Shown in pieces: positions 27,532-37,709 of a stretch of 64,000 nucleotides of DNA (the first letter of the stretch is position 1; the number at the start of each line of letters is the position of its first letter). The notes beneath the pieces were generated by a model that saw only the letters and a list, made by a program, of their open reading frames with translations, searched no databases and had not been told where the DNA came from. The position numbers and the translations under genes are program-made. Source of the stretch: Phycisphaerae bacterium (GTDB taxonomy: Bacteria > Planctomycetota > Phycisphaerae > UBA1845 > Fen-1342); assembly GCA_963675745.2 (NCBI GenBank), contig CAXXWX010000019.1, positions 384,001-448,000 on the forward strand, read 5' to 3'.

Positions 27532-28908
27532 CTACGCGTGCACGCCGTTGGGCTCCACCGTTTGTGTGCGCGCCGCCATCCGCATGTCGCAGATACCGCC
27601 GAAGAAATTCTCGTCGCTGCGCAACAAGACCTGGAAGAAAGCGGCCTCATCGCGCCAGTGGATGATACGCTGATCTGGAAACTGGCGCGTGGGCGCCTCC
27701 GTGATTGTCGACTGGACTTCATAGAAGCCCAACCCGAGGTGGCAGTCGCACTCGAAATCAACGGCGATCGTCGTGCCGGCGACGAGGCTCTTGTCCCATA
27801 GCGCCTCCCCCGTCGCCAGCCCGCTCCAGATTCTGTGGTCCTGGTTGAGCGTGCCCCACGAGTAGATTTTCACACCCTGCTTGTTACGCAAACGCACCGC
27901 GACGGCAAGATGCTCCAGATCGCGCTTCAAAACGCACGTAACGCGGATGATCAGCTTGTCACCGGGATAGAAAACCGAGGTTTCCTCGCCGAGCGCATTG
28001 AAAACGCGCGTCTCGACCACCTCCGCGTCAAAATCTCCGAACGAAAGCCGGTCGGCGGCCTGCGTCTTCGGGGATGTAGCCGGTGTTACGGAACCGGCGG
28101 CTTTTTGTTGCTGATCGCGCGCGTGCTGCATCTGGCGCTCGAGATACCGCTTCTCATCGTCGTGCAGCAAGCGGCGATAATCGAGGACCACCTCGGCCGG
28201 CGCGCCGATGCTGCGAATATGTCCCTCGTGCAGCATGATCGCCTGGTTGGTCAACGTGCGAACGCTCTCCTGGTCGTGTGAAACGAACAGCAGTGACACC
28301 CCGGAGTTGCGCAGCTCGTCGAGCTTCTGGAAGCAGCGTTTCTGAAAGAGCTGATCGCCCACCGAGAGGGCCTCGTCGACGATCAGTATGTCCGGACGAA
28401 GCTGAACCTGCACCGCGAACGCCAGACGCACCAGCATGCCCGAGCTGTACGTTTTCACCGGCTGCTCGAGAAACTCCCCGATGTCGGCGAACGCCGCGAT
28501 GTCATCAAAACGGGCGTCCATCTCATCGTGTGACAACCCGAGGATCGAGCCGTTCATGTAGGCGTTTTCGCGGCCGGTAAACTCGGGGTTGAATCCGCTG
28601 CCGAGCTCCAGCAGGGCCGCCACGCGGCCGGTGACGTGGATTTCACCGGTGCTGGGGCGCAGCGTGCCGGCGATGATTTGCAGCAGCGTGCTCTTGCCTG
28701 ATCCGTTCCGGCCGACGATTCCCAGCGCTTCACCCTTGCGCAGCTCGAAAGACACGTCGCGCAGCGCCCAGAACTCGCGGAAGTACTGGCGCCGCCGGCG
28801 AAACAACGCCTGCTTCAGTCGATCCTGCGGCTGGTCGTAGATGTGGTAGCACTTGCCGACGTCGTGGGCGGTGACCGCGAGTGATGAAGACTCTGGCACG
28901 GTGGACAT
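27532..28908 (-). CDS. wzt: Polysaccharide-export ABC transporter ATPase with C-terminal carbohydrate-binding domain
   Basis: FWALRDVSF, GRNGSGKST, LELGSGFNPEFTGREN, YSSGM, DEALSVGD, plus a Wzt_C-like extension. Confidence 0.95.
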   Translation of the reverse strand: MSTVPESSSLAVTAHDVGKCYHIYDQPQDRLKQALFRRRRQYFREFWALRDVSFELRKGEALGIVGRNGSGKSTLLQIIAGTLRPSTGEIHVTGRVAALLELGSGFNPEFTGRENAYMNGSILGLSHDEMDARFDDIAAFADIGEFLEQPVKTYSSGMLVRLAFAVQVQLRPDILIVDEALSVGDQLFQKRCFQKLDELRNSGVSLLFVSHDQESVRTLTNQAIMLHEGHIRSIGAPAEVVLDYRRLLHDDEKRYLERQMQHARDQQQKAAGSVTPATSPKTQAADRLSFGDFDAEVVETRVFNALGEETSVFYPGDKLIIRVTCVLKRDLEHLAVAVRLRNKQGVKIYSWGTLNQDHRIWSGLATGEALWDKSLVAGTTIAVDFECDCHLGLGFYEVQSTITEAPTRQFPDQRIIHWRDEAAFFQVLLRSDENFFGGICDMRMAARTQTVEPNGVHA

Positions 28909-28989
28909 CAATTGGACCTTCGCCCGCAACGGCGCATCGCCACACAGTGCGGCGCTAACCAATCGATTATCCGGGTAGCCAATTAACCG

Positions 28990-29971
28990 TCAACTGGAAG
29001 GCTCCGATTCCGCCGCTGTCGGTGCTGAGGGTGCCAGCGTGACGGCGGCGAACAGCAGCACCTCCACCAGCGTTGTCACCACGCGGCTAAGCAGCATGAT
29101 CAGCACCGCCTGCGCCGGGGGCACGTCCAGCAGCTCCTGCAAGCCGATGACCATGATCGAATCGCGCACGCCCAGTCCCGCCGGCGCTATCAGGGCAATA
29201 AACCCCGACACCCATGCCGTCGCGAACAGCGCCGTGATGATCGGATAGTCCGTGGCGCTGACGCCGGCAACGGCCATCACCAGGATGGTCAGACTTGCGC
29301 CCCAGAACAGGAACGCCAGCACGTTCGCCCCCAGGATCTTCAAGAGCATGCCAAAACGCGGCACGCGCTGGAGCGGGGCTTGTCGCGCCACGCGCAACAC
29401 GCCGTTCACCACCGGCCCGAACACGCGCGGATGACAGGCGGCGATGCCGAACAGCACTAGTACCGCACTGATCACCAGCGCGTAACCCGAGTGAAGACGC
29501 GCGCTCGGATGCAGCCATGGCAGCGTCACCGCCAGCAGCACACCGCAACCTTCCGAGAGAAATGTATCGACGGAGACGGCCACGGCTGCCGGCGCCAGCC
29601 GCGATCGATCCGGCGCTGAGAGAAAGGCCTTGCCGGCCAGGCTCCAGATCTTGCCGGGGACATAGCGGCCCATCCAGGCGGTCGCCGTTACGCGCACGGC
29701 GCGCCACCATCCCAGCCGGTGTCCGGTGATCTCATGACACAACGGTGACCAGAGCAGCCCCCGTACGATGTAGCCCGCCAGCGCCACTCCCCCCGCTGCG
29801 ATGCAGGCCAGCCACGGGAGTCGACCACTCCGCCGCGCGCAGATCGTCCCAATAACGCCGCACGTAGACGTACCAGAACCCCGCCAGCACCACCAGCAGG
29901 ATCAGCTTGAGCGCGAGCTTGAGCCGGCCGTGCTGCGGACTGGCAACCGGCGTTTCGGCATCCGCGCTCAT
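28990..29971 (-). pseudogene. YbhN/lysylphosphatidylglycerol-synthase-type (flippase-like) membrane protein, frameshifted near 29820
   Basis: ORF 29732-29971 (TM1, YWDDLRAAEWS) continues in another frame as LPWLACIAAGGVALAGY...GRYVPGKIW...APAGLGVRD...LLSR. May be a sequencing error. Confidence 0.72.
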
Positions 29972-31224
29972 GCGGGTCGCCGGGCCAGTTCCAGAGCCGC
30001 GCGATGATTGCCCAATGAGGATTCGCGGACTTTGGGCAGCGCCGCGCGCATCTTGGCGGACAATGCGTCAGCGCGGCTGACGACGTCTTCAAACCCGGCG
30101 ATCAGGGCGTCTGTCGAAAGCTCGGCCGCGTCATGGGCCACATCTTCCAGGTCGAAGTCCGCCAACACTTCGCGATACTTGTGAAAACCCCAGCCGAACA
30201 CGGACACCGGCGTCGCCGTGCAAAGCGCCGAAATCATCGAATGGAACCGCGACGCGACATAATAGTCGGCCAGTCCCACGACCACGCGCAGCTCCTTGCA
30301 GTCGAAATACTCCTCGACCACGTGCAGATTTTCCCGGCTCGGCAGTTGCGCGAGGATCTCCGCCGTTGTTACCAGGTCGTTGTTGTGTCGGCTCGTGCTG
30401 CCCGGGCGCATGCTGTGCGGCACGAGCAGGACGAAGTAGCCCCGCTCCTGCAAATACGTGATGAACTCGACCCAGATTTTGTTGTGGGGAATGCCCAGCA
30501 GCCGGCACTTGCGCTCGACGATCGAGTTCGTCGAAATACCAACCACCTTTTTCCCCGCGAGGATCGGTGTGAATTTCTCCCTAATTCGCCGCTCGACCTC
30601 GTCCGGCACGATCAACGAAAACGCCGAGTCGGCGTGATGCCGGGCATCGGGAAAGCCGAAGTCATGCACCGCGCGTTCGCTGCCGGGGCCGCGCGGGTGA
30701 ATCACGTCGGCCCGCTTGAAGCAGAACCGGGCGGCAAGGCGATTGGACATCTTTTTGAACGGCCCCAGCGTTTGCGAGTAGTACATCGTCTTCTTGCCGA
30801 GAAAAATGGCCGGCAGTGCGCATGCCACGTTGTAAATCACTTTGGCCAGTTGAGCGTCGCTGAAGGTCGTGCCGCCAATCAAGAGCACCACGTCGCACTC
30901 GATCAGCGCCCGCATCTCGCGCCCCCACGATCGCGCCGCCGGCGCCAGCCGCAGGGCGTGCAGGATCCAGTACAGCACGCTGAGGGGCACCAGCTTGAGC
31001 ACGAGGTTCCGCGGCGTGCCGTTGTGGAGGTTTATGTTCGGCGTGGCAGCGATCGCGCGGTCCGCCTTGGGGTACACGGTGAAGACCTCGACAATCCCAC
31101 CGACCTCGGGCTTCGTCAGATGGTCGATCGCCGCTTCGAGCATTGATACCGCGCCACGGTTGCCGGTCCGCGAGACGGCGAAGGCGGCGAAGCGCGGCGG
31201 CCGGTCTTGCTGTTTGTCTGCCAT
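29968..31224 (-). CDS. Polysaccharide pyruvyl transferase family protein (WcaK-like)
   Basis: GNRGAVSML, IGGTTFSD, SQTLGPF, ADSAF, ASRFHSMISAL. Confidence 0.88.
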   Translation of the reverse strand: MADKQQDRPPRFAAFAVSRTGNRGAVSMLEAAIDHLTKPEVGGIVEVFTVYPKADRAIAATPNINLHNGTPRNLVLKLVPLSVLYWILHALRLAPAARSWGREMRALIECDVVLLIGGTTFSDAQLAKVIYNVACALPAIFLGKKTMYYSQTLGPFKKMSNRLAARFCFKRADVIHPRGPGSERAVHDFGFPDARHHADSAFSLIVPDEVERRIREKFTPILAGKKVVGISTNSIVERKCRLLGIPHNKIWVEFITYLQERGYFVLLVPHSMRPGSTSRHNNDLVTTAEILAQLPSRENLHVVEEYFDCKELRVVVGLADYYVASRFHSMISALCTATPVSVFGWGFHKYREVLADFDLEDVAHDAAELSTDALIAGFEDVVSRADALSAKMRAALPKVRESSLGNHRAALELARRPA

Positions 31225-31245
31225 GCGTCCACCCAAAAGGTACGC

Positions 31246-32388
31246 TCACCGGCGCCTCAGCGAGATCTTCGACAGCAGCTTGATCCCCAGCGCCCAGATC
31301 GCAACGAGCGTGTGCGGAAGCTTGAAGATCAATCGTCGACCGCGCGCGCTCTTCGACAAGCGGTAGCTCAGGAAATACATCGTCCAGGACATGACGTGCA
31401 GCGGATTGACGCGCCATGTCCGCGGTGTGGCGGCGTTCTGTCCGGTCAACTTCGCCGCCCAATAACGCGGCGCCAGCGTGTTTGTGAATTGCTCGATCTC
31501 CGAGAACACCGAGCGGTACTTGTCCATGCCGTAGCGTTCGAGCACCACCCGGTCGGCGCGCACCATCTCGTCGATCAGGAGCGCCCCCAGCGGTGTGCGG
31601 CAAATCACCGCCGAGTGCTTGATCGGGCGCTTTTTGATCTCCGGCGCGAAAATGTCGCCGATCGAGATGTCGGCCTCGGCGCTAAGGTGTTCGTCACACC
31701 ACAGGCACAGAGCCTTGGCGTGAATACCCGCCATGCGATACGCGTTCACCTTGTGGAACTTCAGATCACGCTGCCGGCCGTCGTGCAACGTCGCCCTCAC
31801 CGTGCCCTTGATGTGCGTGCGGATGACTTTGAGCGAAGCCACCTGCGCCGGATCGACGCCATAACGCGGCAGCAGGTCCTCGTAGAACTTCTCCGTCACC
31901 GTTCCGCGACAAAACAGGCCGATGATTACAGCGACTTTGGCGCGCAGGGCATCATCTTTCGCCAGCAGCTTGCGCATCAGCCGCGCCTGGCAAGGGAGCG
32001 CTACCACCGCCACGCGCCCGTCAAAATCGCGCAGCGCCTTGACCGTCTGCCACACCGGCGTGTCGATGTAAGAGCTGCCGGCCGCCTGGAGCACTTCTTC
32101 ACGCCCGCGGGCCAGCTCGGAGGCGGCCGTGATCGCGCCGTTGCGGGATGTGATCCGCGAGACGATCGCGCCATCAACCTGCCCGGTCTCCATCAAGTGC
32201 AGCAGGATCGCCGATGCCAGGCCACCCGAAGCGGCGTGTGCGCGGATATCCGCGTCACGCGCGTAGCCGATGTACATCTCCTGCTCGTCGATCCGCAGCG
32301 AGGGCGTGGTGGCCGGACTGCCTCCGCCGGGTGTCGATGCTGACGTGGCCTGTATTTGTTCCGGACTGTCCACTTCGCTTACAGGCAT
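31246..32388 (-). CDS. Coenzyme F420 hydrogenase/dehydrogenase beta-subunit (FrhB) family protein
   Basis: ASGGLASAIL, AAGSSY, VALPCQ, IGLFCRG, CLWCDEH, ADISIGD. Confidence 0.88.
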   Translation of the reverse strand: MPVSEVDSPEQIQATSASTPGGGSPATTPSLRIDEQEMYIGYARDADIRAHAASGGLASAILLHLMETGQVDGAIVSRITSRNGAITAASELARGREEVLQAAGSSYIDTPVWQTVKALRDFDGRVAVVALPCQARLMRKLLAKDDALRAKVAVIIGLFCRGTVTEKFYEDLLPRYGVDPAQVASLKVIRTHIKGTVRATLHDGRQRDLKFHKVNAYRMAGIHAKALCLWCDEHLSAEADISIGDIFAPEIKKRPIKHSAVICRTPLGALLIDEMVRADRVVLERYGMDKYRSVFSEIEQFTNTLAPRYWAAKLTGQNAATPRTWRVNPLHVMSWTMYFLSYRLSKSARGRRLIFKLPHTLVAIWALGIKLLSKISLRRR

Positions 32389-33251
32389 CGGTCCCTGCGA
32401 ATCGCGGACACCTGGTCACACAGGAGTCCGAACATGAAGATGATCAGTGTGGCGATTGACAGCAGCACTGTCGAATCACTCAAGCCCGGCGCACCGAGTC
32501 TGACCAAGCGCCATATGTCGATGGCAAAGCTCGCCACGCTGATGGCCAGCATGCCGCCCGATACGGTCAGAAACACCTTGAGCGGCTCGAACAGCACGGC
32601 CAGCCGCAGCACGAGCAGCAGCGTTTCGAATCCGTGTCGAAACTGCTTCACCGTGCTCTTGCCCAGGCGCGGAGCGACCTGGATCGGCACGTACTTTACT
32701 CGCCGGCCGGTCTTCATCATCGCGAAAGTGCTCGTCGTCGAGTATGAAAATCCCTCGGGCATCAGGTGCAGATAGCGCGTCATGACCTCGCGGCGCACGA
32801 TCCGCAGGCCTGAATTCAGATCGGGGATCTTCTGGCCGGCCAGGTAGTTCGCGAACCAGCGCAGGATGCGCTTGCCCGGCCGGCGGCTGAGCGGCGCGTG
32901 TGAGTCACTGCCTCGCGCGCCGACCACCATGTCGTAGCCGTCGGCCTCTTCGATCAAGCGGGCCACATCAGCGGCCGAATGCTGGCCGTCGCCGTCACAA
33001 TACAGCACATAGTCGCGCTGCGCCGCGCGCGTACCGGTTTCCAGCGAAGCCCCATAGCCGCGGCGATGTTGGTGATCAATCACCAGCGCCCCGGCCTCCC
33101 CGGCAATCCGTCCCGTGTCGTCGGTTGAGCCATCGTTGACGACAATGATCTCCACCCCGGGTAGCCGCTCGCGCACCGCGCGCACGGTGTCTCCGATCGC
33201 CAGTGCTTCGTTAAGTGCCGGTATGACTACCGTAACCTGGGCGGGATCCAT
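32379..33251 (-). CDS. GT2 glycosyltransferase (DPM/DPG-synthase-like) with two C-terminal TMs
   Basis: VVIPALNE, VNDGSTD, GYGASL, DGDGQH, DLNSGLR. Confidence 0.93.
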   Translation of the reverse strand: MDPAQVTVVIPALNEALAIGDTVRAVRERLPGVEIIVVNDGSTDDTGRIAGEAGALVIDHQHRRGYGASLETGTRAAQRDYVLYCDGDGQHSAADVARLIEEADGYDMVVGARGSDSHAPLSRRPGKRILRWFANYLAGQKIPDLNSGLRIVRREVMTRYLHLMPEGFSYSTTSTFAMMKTGRRVKYVPIQVAPRLGKSTVKQFRHGFETLLLVLRLAVLFEPLKVFLTVSGGMLAISVASFAIDIWRLVRLGAPGLSDSTVLLSIATLIIFMFGLLCDQVSAIRRDRCL

Positions 33252-33320
33252 CGGAGGGTGTCTCTCCTGGCTTCGAACAGCGGATAGGCTAGCCGGTCAG
33301 CCGTCCGGTGTAAACGAGCG

Positions 33321-34883
33321 TCACTCAGCGCCCGGAGGTGCCGTCGAGTCGCCGGCGGATTCAGCGGTGGGGCAGGCAACGGCGGGCGCTCGATCGCGGC
33401 GGAGCCTGCGCCACGCATTTTGCGCGACGCAACACGCCTGCCAGGGAGCAACCGCCGCCGCCAGAAACCAGAGCGGCCAGACCGGCATGAGATACCGGCT
33501 GACCGGGAACAGGATTGCGACGTGCGCCGCAACAAAAGCCAGCGCGCCAGTAAACACCAGTGCCGTACACCAGTCACGCCGCAACAGGGCCAGCGGTATG
33601 GCCAGCACCGTGAGTGCGAACAGGGGAATCTGTGGTAAACCACCGATGAGATTCCGCTCCCACCAGGCCACATAGGCCCGTGCCGCGCCGCCGGTACCGC
33701 TCATCGCGAAGCTGTTGAGGCCCAGGCGCTGTGGGTCACCGACGTACTGCTTGTTGTCGCCGTCTTCGGCCAGCCGACCCAGCGCCCAGTTGATCCACGA
33801 CGCCTTACCCGGATTCGGACCATCGGCCGGCGTGTAGTTCAACAGCCAGCAGCATGCATACCCACAGTATCGCAGGAATTCGCCGGGCTTGGCCCCGATG
33901 CTGGCCCGGTTCCAGGCTGACAGGCTGACGCCGTATTCGTTGTCGCGCTTCAAGTGCTCGTATGCGAATGCGCGGGTTGCTTCCCAGCTCGGTTGTTTGC
34001 CCTCGAACTCGCCGATTGCCGCCCGCAGACGCTCGTCAGCGGGGAACTCGAGGTCGAGCAACCCGAAGTGCAGCAGTGAACGCCACTGCATAACGCCGAA
34101 GCCGCTGGCCACGCCGGACACGTCGCGCTGTCGGTTGTAGAGCACCCACGGGCCCAGCGTCAGTCCGACACCGAGCACGGCGAGCGCCAGATGTACGCCG
34201 ATTCGCTTCCAATTGCCGGCGCCGCACCTCAAAGCCCATGCCAGGACGAGAAACGGGATCAGCGCCTGGCACGCGGGGCGCGTCAGCGCTGCGCCCGCCA
34301 GCGCGGCCCCCAGGATCACGCCCATCAGCGGCTTCAGCCGCGTTGTGGCGAGCGCCAGCGTGGCCGCCGCCGCGACCAGTGCCAAGGCCAGCGGTTCGGA
34401 AAGCGCGTAGTGTTCGATTGCCAGCAGCCACGGATCGGCTGCCGCTAGCACGCCGGGTATGATGGCCCACCAGCGCCCCGTGATACGAGCGGCGGCGTAC
34501 GTGAGCAGGGCCGTCATCGCGCAGCCCAGCAGTACGTGCGCGACCAACACGCCCGTCGCGCTTACGCCGAAGACGTGATATACACCCGCCAGAAATACCG
34601 GATAGCCCGGCGTGCGCACTGCCGGGATCGCGCCGAAGTCAGCGCTGGTCGCCAGGCGTTTGGCGCTGTTTAGATAGCCGACACCGTCATTCGTGATGAC
34701 CAGCGGCAACGCGCCCAGAAACCACAATCGCAGTGCCAGCGCCAGCGCCGTCAACGCCATGACCACGGGCCACACGGGCCGCCGGCAGCTCGCGGGCACG
34801 GTGGCCGTCGCGACGCTTGCCTCGCACTCATCACCGCGTCCGTTGGCAGCCGGTGGCCCCGCGTTAAGCGAACTGGTTGACAT
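33321..34883 (-). CDS. GT-C fold (ArnT/PMT-like) integral membrane glycosyltransferase
   Basis: NDGVGY, RTPGYPVFL, LSEPL, LTRP, PWVLYN, RYLMP; many TM segments. Confidence 0.82.
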   Translation of the reverse strand: MSTSSLNAGPPAANGRGDECEASVATATVPASCRRPVWPVVMALTALALALRLWFLGALPLVITNDGVGYLNSAKRLATSADFGAIPAVRTPGYPVFLAGVYHVFGVSATGVLVAHVLLGCAMTALLTYAAARITGRWWAIIPGVLAAADPWLLAIEHYALSEPLALALVAAAATLALATTRLKPLMGVILGAALAGAALTRPACQALIPFLVLAWALRCGAGNWKRIGVHLALAVLGVGLTLGPWVLYNRQRDVSGVASGFGVMQWRSLLHFGLLDLEFPADERLRAAIGEFEGKQPSWEATRAFAYEHLKRDNEYGVSLSAWNRASIGAKPGEFLRYCGYACCWLLNYTPADGPNPGKASWINWALGRLAEDGDNKQYVGDPQRLGLNSFAMSGTGGAARAYVAWWERNLIGGLPQIPLFALTVLAIPLALLRRDWCTALVFTGALAFVAAHVAILFPVSRYLMPVWPLWFLAAAVAPWQACCVAQNAWRRLRRDRAPAVACPTAESAGDSTAPPGAE

Positions 34884-35133
34884 GCGCCGCCGGTTCCTCC
34901 AGGTCAGCAACCTCGCCGATTAAGCGCGAAGCCTAGTCGGCCATACCACAAGAATCAACGCGCCGTGCGTGTGGGGCTGATTGACAAACCACCGTCCTGC
35001 GCACACGCTCACCAGTGCAATTACCCGATTCTTTGCGGATCAGCGCCACCCGATTTTTGCACGCGGACACCGGTGGCCAGCCGACGCCCAATAGACAAGT
35101 GGTACACTGCATCCCGCACGCTGGAGATTTGAA

Positions 35134-37185
35134 ATGTTGACCGTCCCGCTGGTTGTCGTCGTCGTGGTCATCGCGCTCGCCACCGTGGGCTTTGCGGCCG
35201 GCGCCGCAGATACGCATCCGTTCACCGTACACGATCTGCTGGCGCTGGATCGTGTAAGCGACCCTCAGGCATCGCCTGACGGCCAGCGCGTCGTCTTCGC
35301 GGTGCGCGAGACGGACCTGGAGGAGAACAAGGGTCGCACCGATCTGTGGCTGATTGACGTGTCCGGCGCCAACCAGCGCAAATTGACCGCGCACAAGGCC
35401 GGCAGCAGCGGAGGCCGCTGGTCGCCCGACGGCAAATGGGTCTACTTTCTGTCCAAGCGCACCGATCTCACGCAGGTATGGCGCATCGCGATCGACGGCG
35501 GCGAGGCCGAACAGGTCACCGATCTGCCGCTCGACGTCGGCTCCTTCAAACTCTCGCCTGACGGTGAGCACCTGGTGGTCAGCCTCGAGGTCTTTCCCGC
35601 GGCGCCGACGCTGAAAGACACCAAGGAGCGGCTGGAGGCGCTGGAGCAGAGCAAGGCCAGCGGCCGTGTGTACGAGCAACTGTTCATTCGCCATTGGGAT
35701 ACCTGGAAGGACGGGCGGCGGTCACACCTGTTTGTCGTGCCCGTGGCCGGCGGAGATGCCGTTGACGTTACCAGCGGACTGGACGCCGACGTGCCGTCAA
35801 AACCGTTCGGGGGGGCCGGCGAATTCATCTTCACGCCCGACGGTAAATCACTGGTGTTTTCGATGCGGGATGCGGGGCGTGAGGAGGCCTGGTCAACACA
35901 CTTCAACCTGTACGCCGTGCCGCTCGACGGTTCGGCCGCGCCGCGCGTGATTGTGGATGGCGAGGGGGCGGTCGTTGCTAACCCGGTGTTCTCGCCCGAC
36001 GGCAAGACGCTGGCGTATCGCGCGATGCAGCGCGCGGGTTACGAGGCGGACCGCTTGCGGATCGTGCTGAAGGCCTGGCCGGACGGCGCGCCGCGTGTGT
36101 TGACCGAGGACTGGGATCGATCCGCCGGCGCCATCGACTGGGCGGCGGACGGCCGCGCCATTTACGTGACCGCCGCCGACGTCGGACAACGGCCGCTGTT
36201 CGCCATTGACGTCGATGACGGCGCCGTGCGGAAACTGATTGGCCCCGGATACGTGACTGACGTCGTAGTGGCCGGCGATCGACTGGTCTGCGGCATGTGC
36301 AGTCTGCGCGGCCCGGTCGAGCTGTATACCGCCGATTCAAACGGCGGCAACGTCACGCAAATCACCAACTTCAACGCCGAGCGGATTGCCGCGACCCGGA
36401 TGGGTGAGGCCGAGCAGTTTTCATTTGAGGGCTGGAACGGGGAACCGGTCTACGCCTGGGTCGTCAAGCCGGTCGATTTCGATCTGGATCGGAAGTACCC
36501 GGTGGCATTCCTGATCCACGGCGGCCCGCAGGGCTCATTCGGCAACAGTTTTCATTATCGTTGGAATCCGCAGGTTTACGCCGGTGCCGGATACGTCGCC
36601 GTCATGGTGGATTTCCACGGCTCGACGGGCTACGGACAGGCGTTCACCGACGCGATCAATCACCACTGGGGAGATCGCCCCCTGGAGGATCTGCAAAAAG
36701 GCCTCGCCGCCGCCCTTGAGAAATACCCCTGGATGGACGGCGAGCGCGTCGCGGCGCTTGGTGCGAGCTACGGCGGCTACATGATCAACTGGATCGCCGG
36801 CAACTGGCCCGACCGCTTCAAGTGCCTGGTCAACCACGATGGCAACCTCTGTGAGCGGTTGGCGTATTTTGATACCGAGGAGCTCTGGTTCCCCGAATGG
36901 GAGCGCGGCGGCACGCCGTGGGATAATCCCGAGGCGTACGAGAAGCACAATCCGATCAACCACGTCGGCAAGTGGCAGATGCCGATGCTCGTCATTCACG
37001 GGCAGAAGGACTACCGCGTGGTGGATACGCAGGGCATTTCGACATTCACGGCGTTGCAGCGGCGCGGCATCCCCAGCAAGCTCCTGTACTTCCCGGACGA
37101 AAACCACTGGGTGCTGAAGCCGCACAACAGCATCCAGTGGCACGAAACGGTGATCGGATGGTTGGATCAATGGTGTAAAGAATGA
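35134..37185 (+). CDS. S9-family dipeptidyl/acylaminoacyl peptidase, secreted
   Basis: PD40 repeats, IHGGPQG, GASYGG nucleophile elbow, DYRV, FPDENHW. Confidence 0.95.
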   Translation: MLTVPLVVVVVVIALATVGFAAGAADTHPFTVHDLLALDRVSDPQASPDGQRVVFAVRETDLEENKGRTDLWLIDVSGANQRKLTAHKAGSSGGRWSPDGKWVYFLSKRTDLTQVWRIAIDGGEAEQVTDLPLDVGSFKLSPDGEHLVVSLEVFPAAPTLKDTKERLEALEQSKASGRVYEQLFIRHWDTWKDGRRSHLFVVPVAGGDAVDVTSGLDADVPSKPFGGAGEFIFTPDGKSLVFSMRDAGREEAWSTHFNLYAVPLDGSAAPRVIVDGEGAVVANPVFSPDGKTLAYRAMQRAGYEADRLRIVLKAWPDGAPRVLTEDWDRSAGAIDWAADGRAIYVTAADVGQRPLFAIDVDDGAVRKLIGPGYVTDVVVAGDRLVCGMCSLRGPVELYTADSNGGNVTQITNFNAERIAATRMGEAEQFSFEGWNGEPVYAWVVKPVDFDLDRKYPVAFLIHGGPQGSFGNSFHYRWNPQVYAGAGYVAVMVDFHGSTGYGQAFTDAINHHWGDRPLEDLQKGLAAALEKYPWMDGERVAALGASYGGYMINWIAGNWPDRFKCLVNHDGNLCERLAYFDTEELWFPEWERGGTPWDNPEAYEKHNPINHVGKWQMPMLVIHGQKDYRVVDTQGISTFTALQRRGIPSKLLYFPDENHWVLKPHNSIQWHETVIGWLDQWCKE

Positions 37186-37664
37186 TCGTGAACGGCTGGA
37201 GATCACGAACGAATCGCCGATGCGCCCTGATCCTGGGGGTGTGCCTGGTCGCCACGGCATGCACGCAGCCACATGGCGAGGTCATAACGGCGCGGAATGA
37301 GGAGGCCGTGCGCGGTCTGACCGCTGCAGATCTCGCAGGCACGTATGAGGAGAAGTTCGATCGCGCGACGTTCACTATCAGGCTCGGCGAGGATTGCACG
37401 TACGCATTCAGTTTGAGCGCGTGTCTCGGGCCATGTCTCTTGGATGAGGGCACATTTGAGGTTGTCGGAGATTGCGTGCTGCTTGCGCACCCGCAGCACC
37501 CACAACACCCTGAGCGTCTTCCAACGGCACCGCTGGTGATTGATGACGAACGAACGGTTCTCGTAATGGCGACGGAGAGATACCCGCTCAGCGATCGTGA
37601 GCGGCGCGACGTTACCGCGCGCGCGGGACTTCGGAGAGTTTCATCGGCATCGCATGGGCGATGA
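37182..37664 (+). CDS. Hypothetical lipoprotein
   Basis: Lipobox-like LVATAC; ATGA overlap with the upstream peptidase stop. Confidence 0.55.
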   Translation: MIVNGWRSRTNRRCALILGVCLVATACTQPHGEVITARNEEAVRGLTAADLAGTYEEKFDRATFTIRLGEDCTYAFSLSACLGPCLLDEGTFEVVGDCVLLAHPQHPQHPERLPTAPLVIDDERTVLVMATERYPLSDRERRDVTARAGLRRVSSASHGR

Positions 37665-37709
37665 AGCTGCTCGCTACCAACTGACACCGACAAGGTAAGG
37701 TGAGGGACA

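Noticed and set aside
34981..35010. TTGACA upstream of the S9 peptidase as a promoter
   Set aside because: The -10 hexamer at 17-nt spacing (CACGCT) is too weak to support a call.
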